From: Collinsella sp.
GTDB lineage: Bacteria > Actinomycetota > Coriobacteriia > Coriobacteriales > Coriobacteriaceae
Assembly (NCBI GenBank): GCA_048236535.1
Contig: DBFAQQ010000037.1
Span: 20,776 to 84,775, forward strand
DNA length: 64,000 bases
Direction of reading: 5' to 3'
Shown here piece after piece: positions 9,225-19,846 of this stretch. Each line of letters opens with the position of its first letter. Position 1 is the stretch's first letter. A program made the translations under genes and the position numbers. Below the pieces are notes generated by a model. That model had not been told where the DNA came from. It did not search any database and saw only the letters and a program-made list of their open reading frames with translations.

Positions 9225-10313
9225 ATGCGCACGATTGGAATGAGCGACTACACCGTTGGCGAGGATTGCTTTACCGAGTTACCCGCCGCACTGGCGGAGT
9301 ACGGCGCGAAGAAGGTCGCCATCATCGGCGGCAAGCGAGCCCTAGCTGCGGCGCTGCCGGGCATCGAGGCGGCGCTTGAAGGTACCAATATCGAGATTCT
9401 GGAGACGCGCGTCTACGGCACCAACAGCACGCGTGCCAATATCGCCAAGGTCGTGAACTCCCCTGCCTGCCAGGAAGCTGACGTGCTTATCGCATGCGGC
9501 GGCGGCAAGGCGCTCGACACCGTGAAGACCGCAGCAATCGAGCTCAAGAAGATCGTCTTTACAGTGCCTACAATATGCTCCAACTGCTCGGCCGCGACCG
9601 CCATTGCCGTTGTCTACAACGACGACGGCTCGCTCGAGGGCTATTCGTACCCCAACCGCCCTGCGCACATCTTCATCAACCCCAAGATCATCGCCGAGGC
9701 GCCAGCGGAGTACTTCTGGGCCGGCGTGGGCGATGCCCTATCTAAGCAGCCCGAGGTCGAGTACGCCACGAGCGCCGGTAATTTGGAGCACACCGCCGGT
9801 CTTGGCCTGGCACTCGCCCACACCTGCTCCGAGCCGCTGTTTACCTACGGCGTGCAGGGTCTAAAGGACGTGCGCCAGGACCTGTCGAGCGAGGCCGTTA
9901 AGCAGATCGCGCTCGATATCGTGGTCAACACGGGCTATGTCTCGAACCTGACCAACCAGAACGATTACTACTACAACTCGAGCGTGGCACATGCGTTCTA
10001 CAACGCCACGTGTAGCATTCCGCGTGAGGGCACCTACCTGCACGGCGAGGTCGTAAGCCTGGGTGTGCTCGTGCTGTTTGCCTATACGGGAGACACCGAG
10101 AACCTTGAGCGCTACGCCGCCTTTAACAAGCAGATGGGCCTGCCCGTGACGCTTGAGCGGGTCGGCCTTACCGAGGGAGATATCCCGGCCCTGTGCGAGT
10201 TCGCACACGCCACCAACGAGTGGAAGCAAGGCAACCCGGAGCCCTTCACCGACGAAAAGTTCGCCGCCGCCATCAAGGCCGCCAACGCCTACGGCCACAC
10301 CCTCCTCGCCTAA
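9225..10313 (+). CDS. Glycerol dehydrogenase-like / metal-dependent alcohol dehydrogenase
   Basis: GGGKALD, VPTICSNCS, GVGDALSK, HAFY, HGEVV motifs. Confidence 0.85.
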   Translation: MRTIGMSDYTVGEDCFTELPAALAEYGAKKVAIIGGKRALAAALPGIEAALEGTNIEILETRVYGTNSTRANIAKVVNSPACQEADVLIACGGGKALDTVKTAAIELKKIVFTVPTICSNCSAATAIAVVYNDDGSLEGYSYPNRPAHIFINPKIIAEAPAEYFWAGVGDALSKQPEVEYATSAGNLEHTAGLGLALAHTCSEPLFTYGVQGLKDVRQDLSSEAVKQIALDIVVNTGYVSNLTNQNDYYYNSSVAHAFYNATCSIPREGTYLHGEVVSLGVLVLFAYTGDTENLERYAAFNKQMGLPVTLERVGLTEGDIPALCEFAHATNEWKQGNPEPFTDEKFAAAIKAANAYGHTLLA

Positions 10314-10319
10314 CCGACC

Positions 10320-10360
10320 AAAACCACCACAAAGGGGACAGGCACCTCTGTGGTGGTTTT
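10320..10360. repeat. REP-like palindrome family A, copy 2 (likely bidirectional terminator)
   Basis: AAAACCACCACAAAGGGGACAGGCACCTCTGTGGTGGTTTT between convergent genes. Confidence 0.8.
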
Positions 10361-10816
10361 TTATTGCTCCAGCATGCTGGGATCGAATTCACTCGCTGGG
10401 ATCACACGGTACCCGTGGTGCAGGAGCAGGTCGACGAAGACACCGTTGCCCGGTGTGAGCTTGCCGCTGAATGTTCCGTCGTAGATACGGCCCACACCAC
10501 ACGAGGGGCTGCGGTCCTGAAGGATGCACGCGGCTATCTCTTCCGGTCCGCCCGCCTGCTCACACATATCGAGCGCGCGTTGGGCACCTAGGCGAAACTC
10601 GCGATTAACCGAGATGCCCTCGCAGGTACGAACCTCGCCGTTAATAATCTCGGACGGCTTGCGCGGGGTGGGCAGACCGCCAAAAACCTCAGGACACACC
10701 AAGAGGACCTCGGTCCCCGTACGCTCGCAGGCCTCGACCAGTTCGCGAAGGTAATTGTCGAGCCCGTTATACTTGCAGTTCTCGCCCATTAAACAGGCAC
10801 TTACCACGATCTTCAT
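10361..10816 (-). CDS. DUF523 / 2-thiouracil desulfurase-like protein
   Basis: VSACLMGENCKYNG, CPEVFGGLPTPR, SPSCG; GGGAG SD. Confidence 0.88.
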   Translation of the reverse strand: MKIVVSACLMGENCKYNGLDNYLRELVEACERTGTEVLLVCPEVFGGLPTPRKPSEIINGEVRTCEGISVNREFRLGAQRALDMCEQAGGPEEIAACILQDRSPSCGVGRIYDGTFSGKLTPGNGVFVDLLLHHGYRVIPASEFDPSMLEQ

Positions 10817-10892
10817 ATACAACACTCCCCAAGCAAATCGCCCCATTTGAGATGGACACTCAAATGGGGCGATTGACACTGCGCAACTAGAA

Positions 10893-12800
10893 TTACTGCT
10901 GCTTCGGCATCAGCGGATTCTCGCGCGTGAGGAGATTCATGAACTCCTCGCCCGTGATCGTCTCCTTCTTGTACAGATAACGAGCCAGCTCGTGGAGCTT
11001 GAACTTGTTCTCCTTCAGGATCTGCAGGGCGCGGTCGTGCGCATCCTCGATCAGCTTGGCGACAATCGCGTCCACGCGCTCGGCCGTACCGGGGGCGCAG
11101 GTGAGCGACGTATCCTGGTTGAGGTACGCATTCTGAACGGTGCCGAGCGCCATCATGCCAAACTCATCGGACATACCAAAGCGCGTCACCATGTTACGGG
11201 CGAGCTTGGTGGCCTGCTCGATATCGTTGGCGGCGCCGGTTGTCATCTCGCCAAAGATAAGTTCCTCGGCCGCACGGCCGCCGCAGTAGACGGCAAGCTT
11301 GTCCAAGACCTCCTGGCGTGTCGTCAAGAAGCGCTCGTCCTCCTCGACCTGCATGGTATAGCCAAGAGCACCGCTCGTGCGCGGCACGATGGTGATCTTG
11401 GTAACCGGCGCGGAACCCTTTTGGCGGGCAGCGACGATGGCATGGCCGATCTCGTGGTAGGAAACGACCTGCTTCTCGTGGTCGGAAAGCACCGTGGACT
11501 TACGCTGTTGGCCGGCAATGACGACCTCCACCGACTCCTCGAAGTCGTCCTGGGTTGCACGCTTGCGACCCTCGCGAACGGCGCGCAGGGCTCCCTCGTT
11601 GATGATATTGGCCAGGTCGGCGCCCGAGGCGCCGGGCGTGGCGCGGGCAATCGCGGTCAGATCGATCGGCGGCTCGGTCTTCACACTCTTGGCGTGGAGC
11701 TCGAGAATGTTCTTACGTCCGGTCAGATCGGGCAACTCGACGGGGATGCGGCGGTCAAAACGACCAGGGCGCAGCAGCGCCGGATCGAGACTGTCGGGGC
11801 GGTTGGTGGCAGCGAGGACGACGATACCCTTGTGGTTATCGAAGCCATCCATCTCGGTCAGCAACTGATTAAGCGTCTGCTCGCGCTCGTCGTTGCCGCT
11901 AAAGCCGCCGCCATCGCGCTTCTTACCGATGGTATCGATCTCATCGATAAAGACGATACACGGGGCCTTTTCCTTGGCCTGCTTAAACAGGTCACGAACC
12001 TTAGCAGCGCCGCGACCAACAAACATCTCAACGAACTCAGAGCCCGAAATGCTAAAGAACGGAACACCGGCCTCGCCGGCAACAGCCTTGGCAAGCAGGG
12101 TCTTACCGGTACCCGGAGGGCCAACAAGAAGAGCACCGCGCGGCAGCTTGGCGCCGATCTCCTCATAGCGCTGCGGCTTCTCCAGAAAGTCGACGACCTC
12201 CTTGAGGGATTCCTTGGCCTCTTCCTGGCCAGCGACATCCTTAAAGGTCACGCCCACGTCCTTGGAGGCGATAACGCGCGCGCCGGACTTGCCCAGTCCG
12301 CCGCCGCCAAAGCCACCGCCGCCAAAGTTCATCGATGGACCGTCATCGCCCATAGCCTTCTTCATGCGGCGGTTGAGCCACCAGCCGATCAGGAAGAAAA
12401 TTGCCATGGGCAGAATAAGAGTGATCAGGTAGTAGGTCATCAGACCCGAGTTCTTATCGGGAACGACTGACTCAAGCGAAGCGCCAGACTCAAGCACGCG
12501 ATCGGTAAAGCCCGCATCGTTCGGCACACCGGTCGTCTTATAGGCGATGTTCTCGTCCTCGCCCTTCTTGGTGTAATAAATCGAGTAATCGTCCGTGTTG
12601 TACTCGACCTTGTCGACACTCTTCTTATCGAGCGCTTTGACAAACGTCGAGTAATCGGTCTTCGTAATCTGCTGCGTGTGACCGATGTTGGGGAACAGAA
12701 CGGTCGAGAGCACGAGGTAGACGACGAAGGCGATGAGCACGTAGAGGATCATATTCCGTCTACGTTTGTTGTCATCCATCTCCATCTGCTTGAACTCCAT
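10893..12800 (-). CDS. ftsH: ATP-dependent zinc metalloprotease FtsH
   Basis: Two TM helices, [24 protein letters not shown]. Confidence 0.95.
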   Translation of the reverse strand: MEFKQMEMDDNKRRRNMILYVLIAFVVYLVLSTVLFPNIGHTQQITKTDYSTFVKALDKKSVDKVEYNTDDYSIYYTKKGEDENIAYKTTGVPNDAGFTDRVLESGASLESVVPDKNSGLMTYYLITLILPMAIFFLIGWWLNRRMKKAMGDDGPSMNFGGGGFGGGGLGKSGARVIASKDVGVTFKDVAGQEEAKESLKEVVDFLEKPQRYEEIGAKLPRGALLVGPPGTGKTLLAKAVAGEAGVPFFSISGSEFVEMFVGRGAAKVRDLFKQAKEKAPCIVFIDEIDTIGKKRDGGGFSGNDEREQTLNQLLTEMDGFDNHKGIVVLAATNRPDSLDPALLRPGRFDRRIPVELPDLTGRKNILELHAKSVKTEPPIDLTAIARATPGASGADLANIINEGALRAVREGRKRATQDDFEESVEVVIAGQQRKSTVLSDHEKQVVSYHEIGHAIVAARQKGSAPVTKITIVPRTSGALGYTMQVEEDERFLTTRQEVLDKLAVYCGGRAAEELIFGEMTTGAANDIEQATKLARNMVTRFGMSDEFGMMALGTVQNAYLNQDTSLTCAPGTAERVDAIVAKLIEDAHDRALQILKENKFKLHELARYLYKKETITGEEFMNLLTRENPLMPKQQ

Positions 12801-12877
12801 CTACTGGGGTTGATAATGCTAACTAGAATACCCAACCCGGCCGGCGATAAACCGACGCCGGACACGAAAGGACAGAG

Positions 12878-13363
12878 ATGGCATCACTCGAAGTCGGCAA
12901 GGTTCAGATCTATACGGGCGACGGCAAGGGCAAAACCACGGCCGCGCTGGGATTGGCGATGCGCGCCACGGGCTATGGACTTAACGTGCTCATGCTTCAG
13001 TTTGCCAAAAAGCTGCACTGCGCCGAACATGACGCAGCACCTCGATTGGGGCTACGCATCGTACAAGCCGACCGCGACACACCCGAAGCCTGTGCCGCAC
13101 AGATCATGGAACTTGCGCGCGAACAGATCTCGCAGGTCGACGTGCTGATCTTGGATGAGCTGGGAGAAGCCATGCGACGGGGCTTTGTGACGCGCAAAGA
13201 TGTCGAAGCGTTGATCGCGATGAAACCCGCCACCACAGAGCTCGTGCTCACCGGCCGTGGACTGCTGCCGCTGGCCGACCTTGCGGACCTAGTCACCGAA
13301 ATGCGCCACGTCAAACACTACTTCGACGAAGGCCTCCTAGCCCGCCAAGGCATCGAATACTAG
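12878..13363 (+). CDS. cobO: Cob(I)yrinic acid a,c-diamide adenosyltransferase (CobO/BtuR family)
   Basis: YTGDGKGKTTAA, LDE, LTGR, ADLVTEM, GIEY. Confidence 0.9.
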   Translation: MASLEVGKVQIYTGDGKGKTTAALGLAMRATGYGLNVLMLQFAKKLHCAEHDAAPRLGLRIVQADRDTPEACAAQIMELAREQISQVDVLILDELGEAMRRGFVTRKDVEALIAMKPATTELVLTGRGLLPLADLADLVTEMRHVKHYFDEGLLARQGIEY

Positions 13364-13389
13364 CCATTGGGGACGTCCCCAATGACTAG
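13360..13389. repeat. REP-like palindrome family B, copy 1
   Basis: CTAGCCATTGGGGACGTCCCCAATGACTAG; contains both convergent stop codons; second copy at 33715. Confidence 0.8.
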
Positions 13390-14735
13390 GCAGTAGCGCG
13401 GCCGAGCCAGTTGCCGCTGTGGTGGTAGATGGTGAACATGGTTGCGGTGATGAGCCATGTTACGGGGTAGACCAGCAGTAGATGCTCGAGCGACGGATCG
13501 AAGGGCATGATCGCAAACACCCAAATCACTCTGAGTACGACGGTGCCAAAGATGGTGAGCATCATAGGCTGCAGACTCACGCCGGCACCGCGAATGGAGC
13601 CCGACGCGTTTTCGATAATCGAGAAGATCGCGTAGAACGGCGCGATGAAATGAAGAATCGTCGTGGTGTACGCCGAAATCGAAACATCGTCGACAAACAG
13701 ACGCGACAACGGACCCGAGAACACCAGCAGCACGGCAGACAGGCCACCAATGAGCATAAACGACAGCACGAGCGACGTATGGTAGCCCTTGCGCATGCGC
13801 TCATAGTTGCGCGCGCCAAAGTTCTGTGCCGAGAACGTGGTGATCGACACGCCGAGCGCCTCGGTCACCATCCAGATAATGCCATCCAGGCGCCCAGATA
13901 GACCCCAAGCAGTCGTGACATCGGCGCCAAACGAATTAACCGACACCTGGATCAGCACGTTCGAGATCGAATAAGCAGCCGATTGAAAACCGAGTGGCAG
14001 ACCACACGAGATCATACTCTTGCAAATACCGCGATCGATACCGAGCTTAGACAGCGAAAGACGCCATGCACCCGGAGCGCGCATCATGCGCAACACGATC
14101 ATCGTTGCATTGGAGCAAATGGTCAGCGCCACTGCGATGCCGCAGCCCAGCGCCTCCATATGCAACACAGCGACAAAGATGATATCCAGCACCACGTTAA
14201 CAAGGCAGCCAGAGGCAATGATCACGGCGGGCCCGCGTGTGTCGCCCACGGCGCGCAGCAGTGCCGTTCCCATATTGAGCAGCAGCGCCGCAACCATGGC
14301 GGCAAAATAGCAACGAGCATAGGCCACGCCCTCGGCCAATAGTTCATGCGGAGTGTTCATAAGCACCAGCATGGGCTCAACGAACACTATGCCGAGAATC
14401 GAGAAAACGATACCGCCCACCAGCGCGAGCGTCATGGCCGTATGGACCGAACGGCTCAGTCGCTCATCATCGTGCTGGCCAAAATACTGACCGGTAATGA
14501 CCGCGCAGCCGGCGCCGACGCCAACGCAAAAGCCAATGCAGAGCTCGGTGAGCACCATCGTGGCCTGGATGCCGCCCAATGCGAGCTTGCCGCCAAACTG
14601 GCCGACGATATAGGTACCGATAAGCGTGTAGGCCTGCTGAAAAAACGAGCTAAAGAAGATGGGAACGCACAGCGACAGCAGCTGTTGCCAAATGACACCT
14701 TGCGTTACATCGATAGCCGTAGATTTCTTAGCCAC
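13386..14735 (-). CDS. MATE family efflux transporter
   Basis: Multiple TM segments, LRAVGDT..P, NVVLD, QNFGARNY. Confidence 0.9.
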   Translation of the reverse strand: MAKKSTAIDVTQGVIWQQLLSLCVPIFFSSFFQQAYTLIGTYIVGQFGGKLALGGIQATMVLTELCIGFCVGVGAGCAVITGQYFGQHDDERLSRSVHTAMTLALVGGIVFSILGIVFVEPMLVLMNTPHELLAEGVAYARCYFAAMVAALLLNMGTALLRAVGDTRGPAVIIASGCLVNVVLDIIFVAVLHMEALGCGIAVALTICSNATMIVLRMMRAPGAWRLSLSKLGIDRGICKSMISCGLPLGFQSAAYSISNVLIQVSVNSFGADVTTAWGLSGRLDGIIWMVTEALGVSITTFSAQNFGARNYERMRKGYHTSLVLSFMLIGGLSAVLLVFSGPLSRLFVDDVSISAYTTTILHFIAPFYAIFSIIENASGSIRGAGVSLQPMMLTIFGTVVLRVIWVFAIMPFDPSLEHLLLVYPVTWLITATMFTIYHHSGNWLGRATA

Positions 14736-14860
14736 ACGCCCTCCCCAAAAGCGTACGTCAACCGACAAAACAGTAATTAAAGACCTAAGTTAATAGCAGC
14801 TTAGCACCGACCGACGTCGACCGAAACACCCCGAGTCAGAGCCCGGTGCAAACTATCTGC

Positions 14861-15775
14861 CTAGTGATACAGCCCCGGCTGGTAGTGATACTCGTTGCTC
14901 ACGTGCGGGCACAGCTGCCAAAAGGCGACGGCACTCGCCGCGGCCACGTTGAGCGAATCGACCCCGTGCGCCATCGGAATGCGCACCGCGTGGTCACAGC
15001 CGGCAATGGTCTTGGCGCCCAAGCCGGCACCCTCGGTACCCATAAAAATCGCCAAGCGATCAATCTTCTGCAGCACAGGATCATCAAGCGAAACGGAGTC
15101 GTCCGTCAACGCCATAGCGGCACACGAAAAACCGGCGTCGTGCAACGCGCCCAGACCATCATGCGGCCACACACGAGCCTCGCTGCCAATGCGCGTCCAC
15201 GGCACCTGAAACACGGTGCCCATGCTCACGCGGGCCGAGCGACGGTACAGCGGGTCGCAGCACGTCGGGCTGACCAAAATACCGTCAACGTTCAATGCGG
15301 CAGCCGAGCGGAAAATCGCGCCAACATTGGTGTGATCGACAATACCCTCAAGCACGCACACGCGCACCGGACGATTCCCCGCCGCCTCGACGACGCCGCC
15401 CAAGAACTCATCAACCGGAATCTGACGCGGGCGACGGAACGCCGCCAGCGCGCCGCGCGTCACGTTAAAGCCCGTCAACTGCTCCATGAGCTCCATGGAG
15501 GCCACGAACACGGGAACCGGACCCGCTCCCTCGCGCACGACAAGCTGGTCAAACAGCGGCATCATCTGGTCGAGCCAGCGCTCGCCCAAAAGAAAGCTCA
15601 CCGGCTCATATCCGGCGCGCACGGCACGCTCGATGACCTTGGCGCTCTCCGCAATAAAGATGCCCTTTTGCGGCTCCAGCACACAGCGAAGCTCACGCTC
15701 GGTCAGTCGCACGTAGGCATCGAGCCGCTCGTCCTCGAGCGAATCAATTCGCAGAACCTCAACGGCATCAGTCAT
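14861..15775 (-). CDS. TrmH/SpoU family RNA methyltransferase
   Basis: DHTNVGAIFRSA, MGTEGAG, IPMAHGVDSLNV. Confidence 0.9.
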   Translation of the reverse strand: MTDAVEVLRIDSLEDERLDAYVRLTERELRCVLEPQKGIFIAESAKVIERAVRAGYEPVSFLLGERWLDQMMPLFDQLVVREGAGPVPVFVASMELMEQLTGFNVTRGALAAFRRPRQIPVDEFLGGVVEAAGNRPVRVCVLEGIVDHTNVGAIFRSAAALNVDGILVSPTCCDPLYRRSARVSMGTVFQVPWTRIGSEARVWPHDGLGALHDAGFSCAAMALTDDSVSLDDPVLQKIDRLAIFMGTEGAGLGAKTIAGCDHAVRIPMAHGVDSLNVAAASAVAFWQLCPHVSNEYHYQPGLYH

Positions 15776-15884
15776 AGCAGCCAGCCCGCACCCTTCTTTA
15801 CAGCACATCTATACCAAACGAGGCGACGCTAAGCGCCGCCCCATGCATTCAATCAACCCGATGATACCGTTCACGCCAGACGAT

Positions 15885-16403
15885 TTACGCCTCGATGCGA
15901 CGATAGGTCACGAACTCATAATTGACGCCCTCGTCACCCTCACCGGCGGCAATCGTCGCGACCCCGCTACGCTGCGCAATCTCCCACGCGGGATCGGCGT
16001 CCAAGTCGGGAAAGTACGTGTCCACGGGATGGACGCAGTGGTCATGAGTGACCTCGGCCTCCACGCAGTACGGCAAAAACTGCCGATAGACATCGCCGCC
16101 ACCGATCACCCAGGCAACAAGCTCATCGGCAACCGCAGAGAGCGCTTCGTCAACGCCATGCACCACGTCGACGCCCTCGTGGGTAAAGCCCATATCGCGC
16201 GTAAGCACGATATTGCGGCGGTTCTTGAGAGGACGCCCGCCGGGAAAACTCAGCAGCGTCTTGCGTCCCATGATAACCGGGCAGCCCTTGGTGCAGGCCA
16301 CAAAATGGCGCATATCGGCGCGATTGGACACCACCATGTCGCCCTCGCACCCAATGCCCCAATCGTCACACACGGCGACGATAGCAGATAGCTTACACGT
16401 CAT
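15885..16403 (-). CDS. folA: Dihydrofolate reductase
   Basis: IMGRKT, PLKNRRNIVLT, VIGGG, DTYFP; follows thyA. Confidence 0.92.
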   Translation of the reverse strand: MTCKLSAIVAVCDDWGIGCEGDMVVSNRADMRHFVACTKGCPVIMGRKTLLSFPGGRPLKNRRNIVLTRDMGFTHEGVDVVHGVDEALSAVADELVAWVIGGGDVYRQFLPYCVEAEVTHDHCVHPVDTYFPDLDADPAWEIAQRSGVATIAAGEGDEGVNYEFVTYRRIEA

Positions 16404-16412
16404 GAGCACCAC

Positions 16413-17261
16413 CTACACCGCAATGGGAATGTTCTTGACCTGCGGGCCGTGCTCATAGCCCTCGACGATCAGGTCATCGGTCGTAAACGCATAGAAGTCA
16501 TGCACATCGGGGTTGAGCGTTACCTTGGGTGCCGCAAACTGCGGACGCTCGATAAGCTCGCGGACGATATCGACATGACGATCATAGATATGGGCGTCGG
16601 CGATCACGTGCAGCAGCTCACCGGGAATCATATCGACCGACTGCGCGACCATCATCAGCAAAATGGCGTACTGGCACACGTTCCAGTTGTTCGCGGCCAA
16701 AATGTCCTGGCTGCGCTGGTTGAGAATCATGTTGAGCGTCGGCTTGTCGTCCTGAGAACGCTGCGTCACGTTATAGGTCACGCTATAGGCGCACGGATAA
16801 AGGTGCATCTCGGACAGATCGCTAAACACGTACGTATTGGTCATAATGCGGCGACTATACGGCGTGTGCTTAAGGTCGTACAGCACACGGTCCATCTGGT
16901 CGAAGTCGCCCTCGGCGTAATGGCTCTTCTGACCAATCTGATAGCCGTAGGCTTTACCGATGGAACCGGTCTCATCGGCCCACTCATCCCAGATATGGCT
17001 GTTGAGATCATGCACGTTATTGGACTTCTTTTGATAGATCCACAGAATCTCGTCCATGGCAGACTTAAGCGCCGTACGACGCAGGGTGAGCGCGGGGAAC
17101 TCCTCGCGCAGATCATAGCGCGCCGTGACACCAAAGTTTTTAATGGTATAGGCAGGGGTGCCGTCCTCCCACACCGGACGGACCTTTTGGCCCTCGGTGG
17201 TGGTGCCATGGTCCAAGATATCGCGGCACATGGTTACAAATTGCTGATCAGCTTTGCTCAT
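16413..17261 (-). CDS. thyA: Thymidylate synthase
   Basis: IWDEWAD, LYPC, QRSQD, HIYDRH, C-terminal IAV. Confidence 0.95.
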   Translation of the reverse strand: MSKADQQFVTMCRDILDHGTTTEGQKVRPVWEDGTPAYTIKNFGVTARYDLREEFPALTLRRTALKSAMDEILWIYQKKSNNVHDLNSHIWDEWADETGSIGKAYGYQIGQKSHYAEGDFDQMDRVLYDLKHTPYSRRIMTNTYVFSDLSEMHLYPCAYSVTYNVTQRSQDDKPTLNMILNQRSQDILAANNWNVCQYAILLMMVAQSVDMIPGELLHVIADAHIYDRHVDIVRELIERPQFAAPKVTLNPDVHDFYAFTTDDLIVEGYEHGPQVKNIPIAV

Positions 17262-17396
17262 TGACCCTCCTGTCAGTCGCCTATAAGCGAGATTTATTGT
17301 AGCCCAGGCGCGCGAGTGTCGAATTGGACACTTAGTCCGGCACACGCAATGCACGGCAGCGCGGCTCCGCATGCGGCAACGAGGCATCTTAGCCTT

Positions 17397-17465
17397 TTTC
17401 TGACATATGACAGAAATGCCTTGCGCCCAACGACTAACGCGTTATCCTATTGTTGACATATGTCA
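17397..17465 (+). promoter_or_regulatory. Pair of TGACATATGTCA-type palindromic operators flanking a putative promoter
   Basis: TTTCTGACATATGACAGAAA (17397-17416) and TGACATATGTCA (17454-17465) around TTGCGC-N16-TATCCT. Confidence 0.7.
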
Positions 17466-17479
17466 GATAAGGAGTGTGC

Positions 17480-18244
17480 ATGACAGGAAGACGCGAAAAA
17501 CTGCGCCGCGTCGGGATCATCCCCGAATACCGCGGCTTTACCCCCGATGGCCTGGCCAGCGGTGATGCCATCGACATGACCGTCGACGAGCTTGAGGTGC
17601 TGCGCCTGTGCGATCTGGAGGGCCTCAATCAGGAGGCCGTCGCCCTGCACATGGGCATCGCCCGCGCCACGGTGGCGGCAATCAGCAGTCGCGCGCATCG
17701 CAAGGTGGCAAACGCGCTGGTCAACGGACGAGCGCTCGTCATCGAGGGCGGCAATATCGCGTACTCCCCCATCGCCACGACGACGGCCGCATGGCCAGCA
17801 AAGGAGGTCGGCACCATGAGGGTGGCAACGACGTACGACAACGGCAACATCTTTATGCACTTTGGCCGCAGCGAGCAGTTCAAGATCTACGACATCCAGG
17901 ATGGCAAGGTGCTCAACGAGCAGGTCGTAGGCACCGGTGGCACCGGCCACGGCGCCTTGGCGGGCCTGCTTGCCAACGGTGGCGTTGACACGCTCATTTG
18001 CGGCGGTATCGGCGGCGGCGCTATCAACGCGCTTGCCCAAGCCGGCATCACGGTCTATGCGGGCGCCCAGGGCAGCTGCGATGCCTGCGTCGAGGCCCTC
18101 ATTGCCGGCACGCTCGCACAGAACGGCGAGGCCACCTGCGACTGCCATGGACATGATCACGAGCACATCCACGAGCATGGCGAGTCCTGCGGCTGCCACG
18201 GTCACCACGACCATGACGGGCACGAAGGCTGCGGCTGCCACTAG
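17480..18244 (+). CDS. DUF134 HTH fused to a NifB/NifX-type (dinitrogenase FeMo-cofactor) domain, His/Cys-rich tail
   Basis: DELEVLRLCDLEGLNQE...RKVANALVNG; HFGRSEQF, LICGGIG; C-terminal CDCHGHDHEH...GCGCH. Confidence 0.85.
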   Translation: MTGRREKLRRVGIIPEYRGFTPDGLASGDAIDMTVDELEVLRLCDLEGLNQEAVALHMGIARATVAAISSRAHRKVANALVNGRALVIEGGNIAYSPIATTTAAWPAKEVGTMRVATTYDNGNIFMHFGRSEQFKIYDIQDGKVLNEQVVGTGGTGHGALAGLLANGGVDTLICGGIGGGAINALAQAGITVYAGAQGSCDACVEALIAGTLAQNGEATCDCHGHDHEHIHEHGESCGCHGHHDHDGHEGCGCH

Positions 18245-18300
18245 CGGCAAGCACCTCGTCGAGAACGCGCTTCCACGCGTGCGACAACCAGCGAACAAAC

Positions 18301-18340
18301 GGCGAAGGCCGCCTGGAATACCATCCAGGCGGCCTTCGCC
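18301..18340. terminator. Hairpin between convergent genes (probable terminator)
   Basis: 17-bp perfect stem GGCGAAGGCCGCCTGGA/TCCAGGCGGCCTTCGCC. Confidence 0.6.
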
Positions 18341-18360
18341 ATACACGACTCAACTAGTCG

Positions 18361-19836
18361 TTACTTCTTGTTGCGCATCTGCGCTTCCATCTGGCGCAGC
18401 AGGTCCATATCGGACTTGGGGCCGCCCGTTCCCAGGCCGCCCATGCCGCCCAGCCCCATGGCATCCAGACCGGGAATATTGGGCATGCGCATCTTTTTGC
18501 CCTTCTTACCCTTCTTGCCCTTCTTGCCGCCGGCCTGTGCCTGATTGGCCATCGTGCGCATGCGGCCCATCATCTTGTTCATCTCGCCCCACTGCTTCAT
18601 AAGGCTATTGACCTCGGTGGGGGTCACGCCGGCGCCCTTGGCGATGCGGGCACGGCGCTGGCCGTTGATGATGGAGGGGCGAACGCGCTCCTCCTTGGTC
18701 ATCGACATGATGATGGCCTCGTTCTTATCGAAGATACCTTCGTCCAGGTTGCCACCCATCTGGTTGAGCGCACGCTGGCCACCGGGGAGCATGCCCAGGA
18801 TGCCCTTCATGCCGCCCATCTTCTTGACGGCCTTCATCTGGTCGAGCATGTCGTTCATGGTAAAGCCCTCGCGCAGCATGCGCTCGGCAGCCTCAAGCTG
18901 CTCTGCGTCGGCCGCCTCCTGGGCTTTCTCAATAATGCCGACAACGTCGCCCATGCCCAAGATGCGCTTGGCCATGCGGTCGGGATAGAACGGCTCCAGC
19001 GAATCGGGTTTCTCGCCCATGCTAACAAACTTGATGGGCTTGCCGGTCACCTGGCGCACGGAAAGCGCGCCGCCGCCACGGGCGTCGCCGTCGAGCTTGG
19101 AGATGATCACGCCGTCAAAGTCGGTGCGCTCGGCGAAGGTCGAGACGACGTTGACGATGTCCTGGCCGGTCATGGCATCGACGACCATCAGCACCTGATC
19201 GGGCTTGACGGCCTTCTTGATGTCCACGGCCTCCTGCATCATCTGCTCGTCGATCTGAAGACGACCGGCGGTATCGACGATGACCACGTCGCGCAGGTGG
19301 TCGACGGCCTCTTGGATGGCGCCCTTGGCAATATCGACCGGGTGCGCTCCGTCACCGCGGAAGACCGGCACGCCGATCTCGCCACCGAGCGTGGCCAGCT
19401 GGTCGGCAGCGGCGGGACGGTAGACGTCGCACGCGGCGAGCAGCGGCGAGCGGCCCTGCTTCTTGAGCAGGTAGGCCAGCTTTACGGCCGCCGTGGTCTT
19501 ACCGGAGCCCTGCAAGCCCACGAGCATGATGACATTGGGAATGCGGTTGCTAAAGACGAGTTTGCTCTCGGTTGAGCCGAGCATCTCGGTGAGCTCGTCG
19601 AGCACGATCTTGACGACGTTTTGCGCCGGCGACAGCGACTCCATGACCTCGGCGGTCATGCAGCGCTCCTTGGTCTTGGCGACGAACTCCTTGACGACCT
19701 TAAAGTTAACGTCGGCCTCGAGCAGGGCCATGCGAATATCGCGCATGGCCGAAGTAATATCGGCCTCGGTCAGCTTACCCTTGCCGCGCAGGCGGTCAAA
19801 TGTGTCGTTGAGGCGATCGCTCAGGGAATCAAACAA
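18361..19836 (-). CDS. ffh: Signal recognition particle protein
   Basis: GLQGSGKTT, DTAGR, DGDARGG, Met-rich M domain. Confidence 0.97.
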   Translation of the reverse strand: MFDSLSDRLNDTFDRLRGKGKLTEADITSAMRDIRMALLEADVNFKVVKEFVAKTKERCMTAEVMESLSPAQNVVKIVLDELTEMLGSTESKLVFSNRIPNVIMLVGLQGSGKTTAAVKLAYLLKKQGRSPLLAACDVYRPAAADQLATLGGEIGVPVFRGDGAHPVDIAKGAIQEAVDHLRDVVIVDTAGRLQIDEQMMQEAVDIKKAVKPDQVLMVVDAMTGQDIVNVVSTFAERTDFDGVIISKLDGDARGGGALSVRQVTGKPIKFVSMGEKPDSLEPFYPDRMAKRILGMGDVVGIIEKAQEAADAEQLEAAERMLREGFTMNDMLDQMKAVKKMGGMKGILGMLPGGQRALNQMGGNLDEGIFDKNEAIIMSMTKEERVRPSIINGQRRARIAKGAGVTPTEVNSLMKQWGEMNKMMGRMRTMANQAQAGGKKGKKGKKGKKMRMPNIPGLDAMGLGGMGGLGTGGPKSDMDLLRQMEAQMRNKK

Positions 19837-19846
19837 TGGTTACTCC

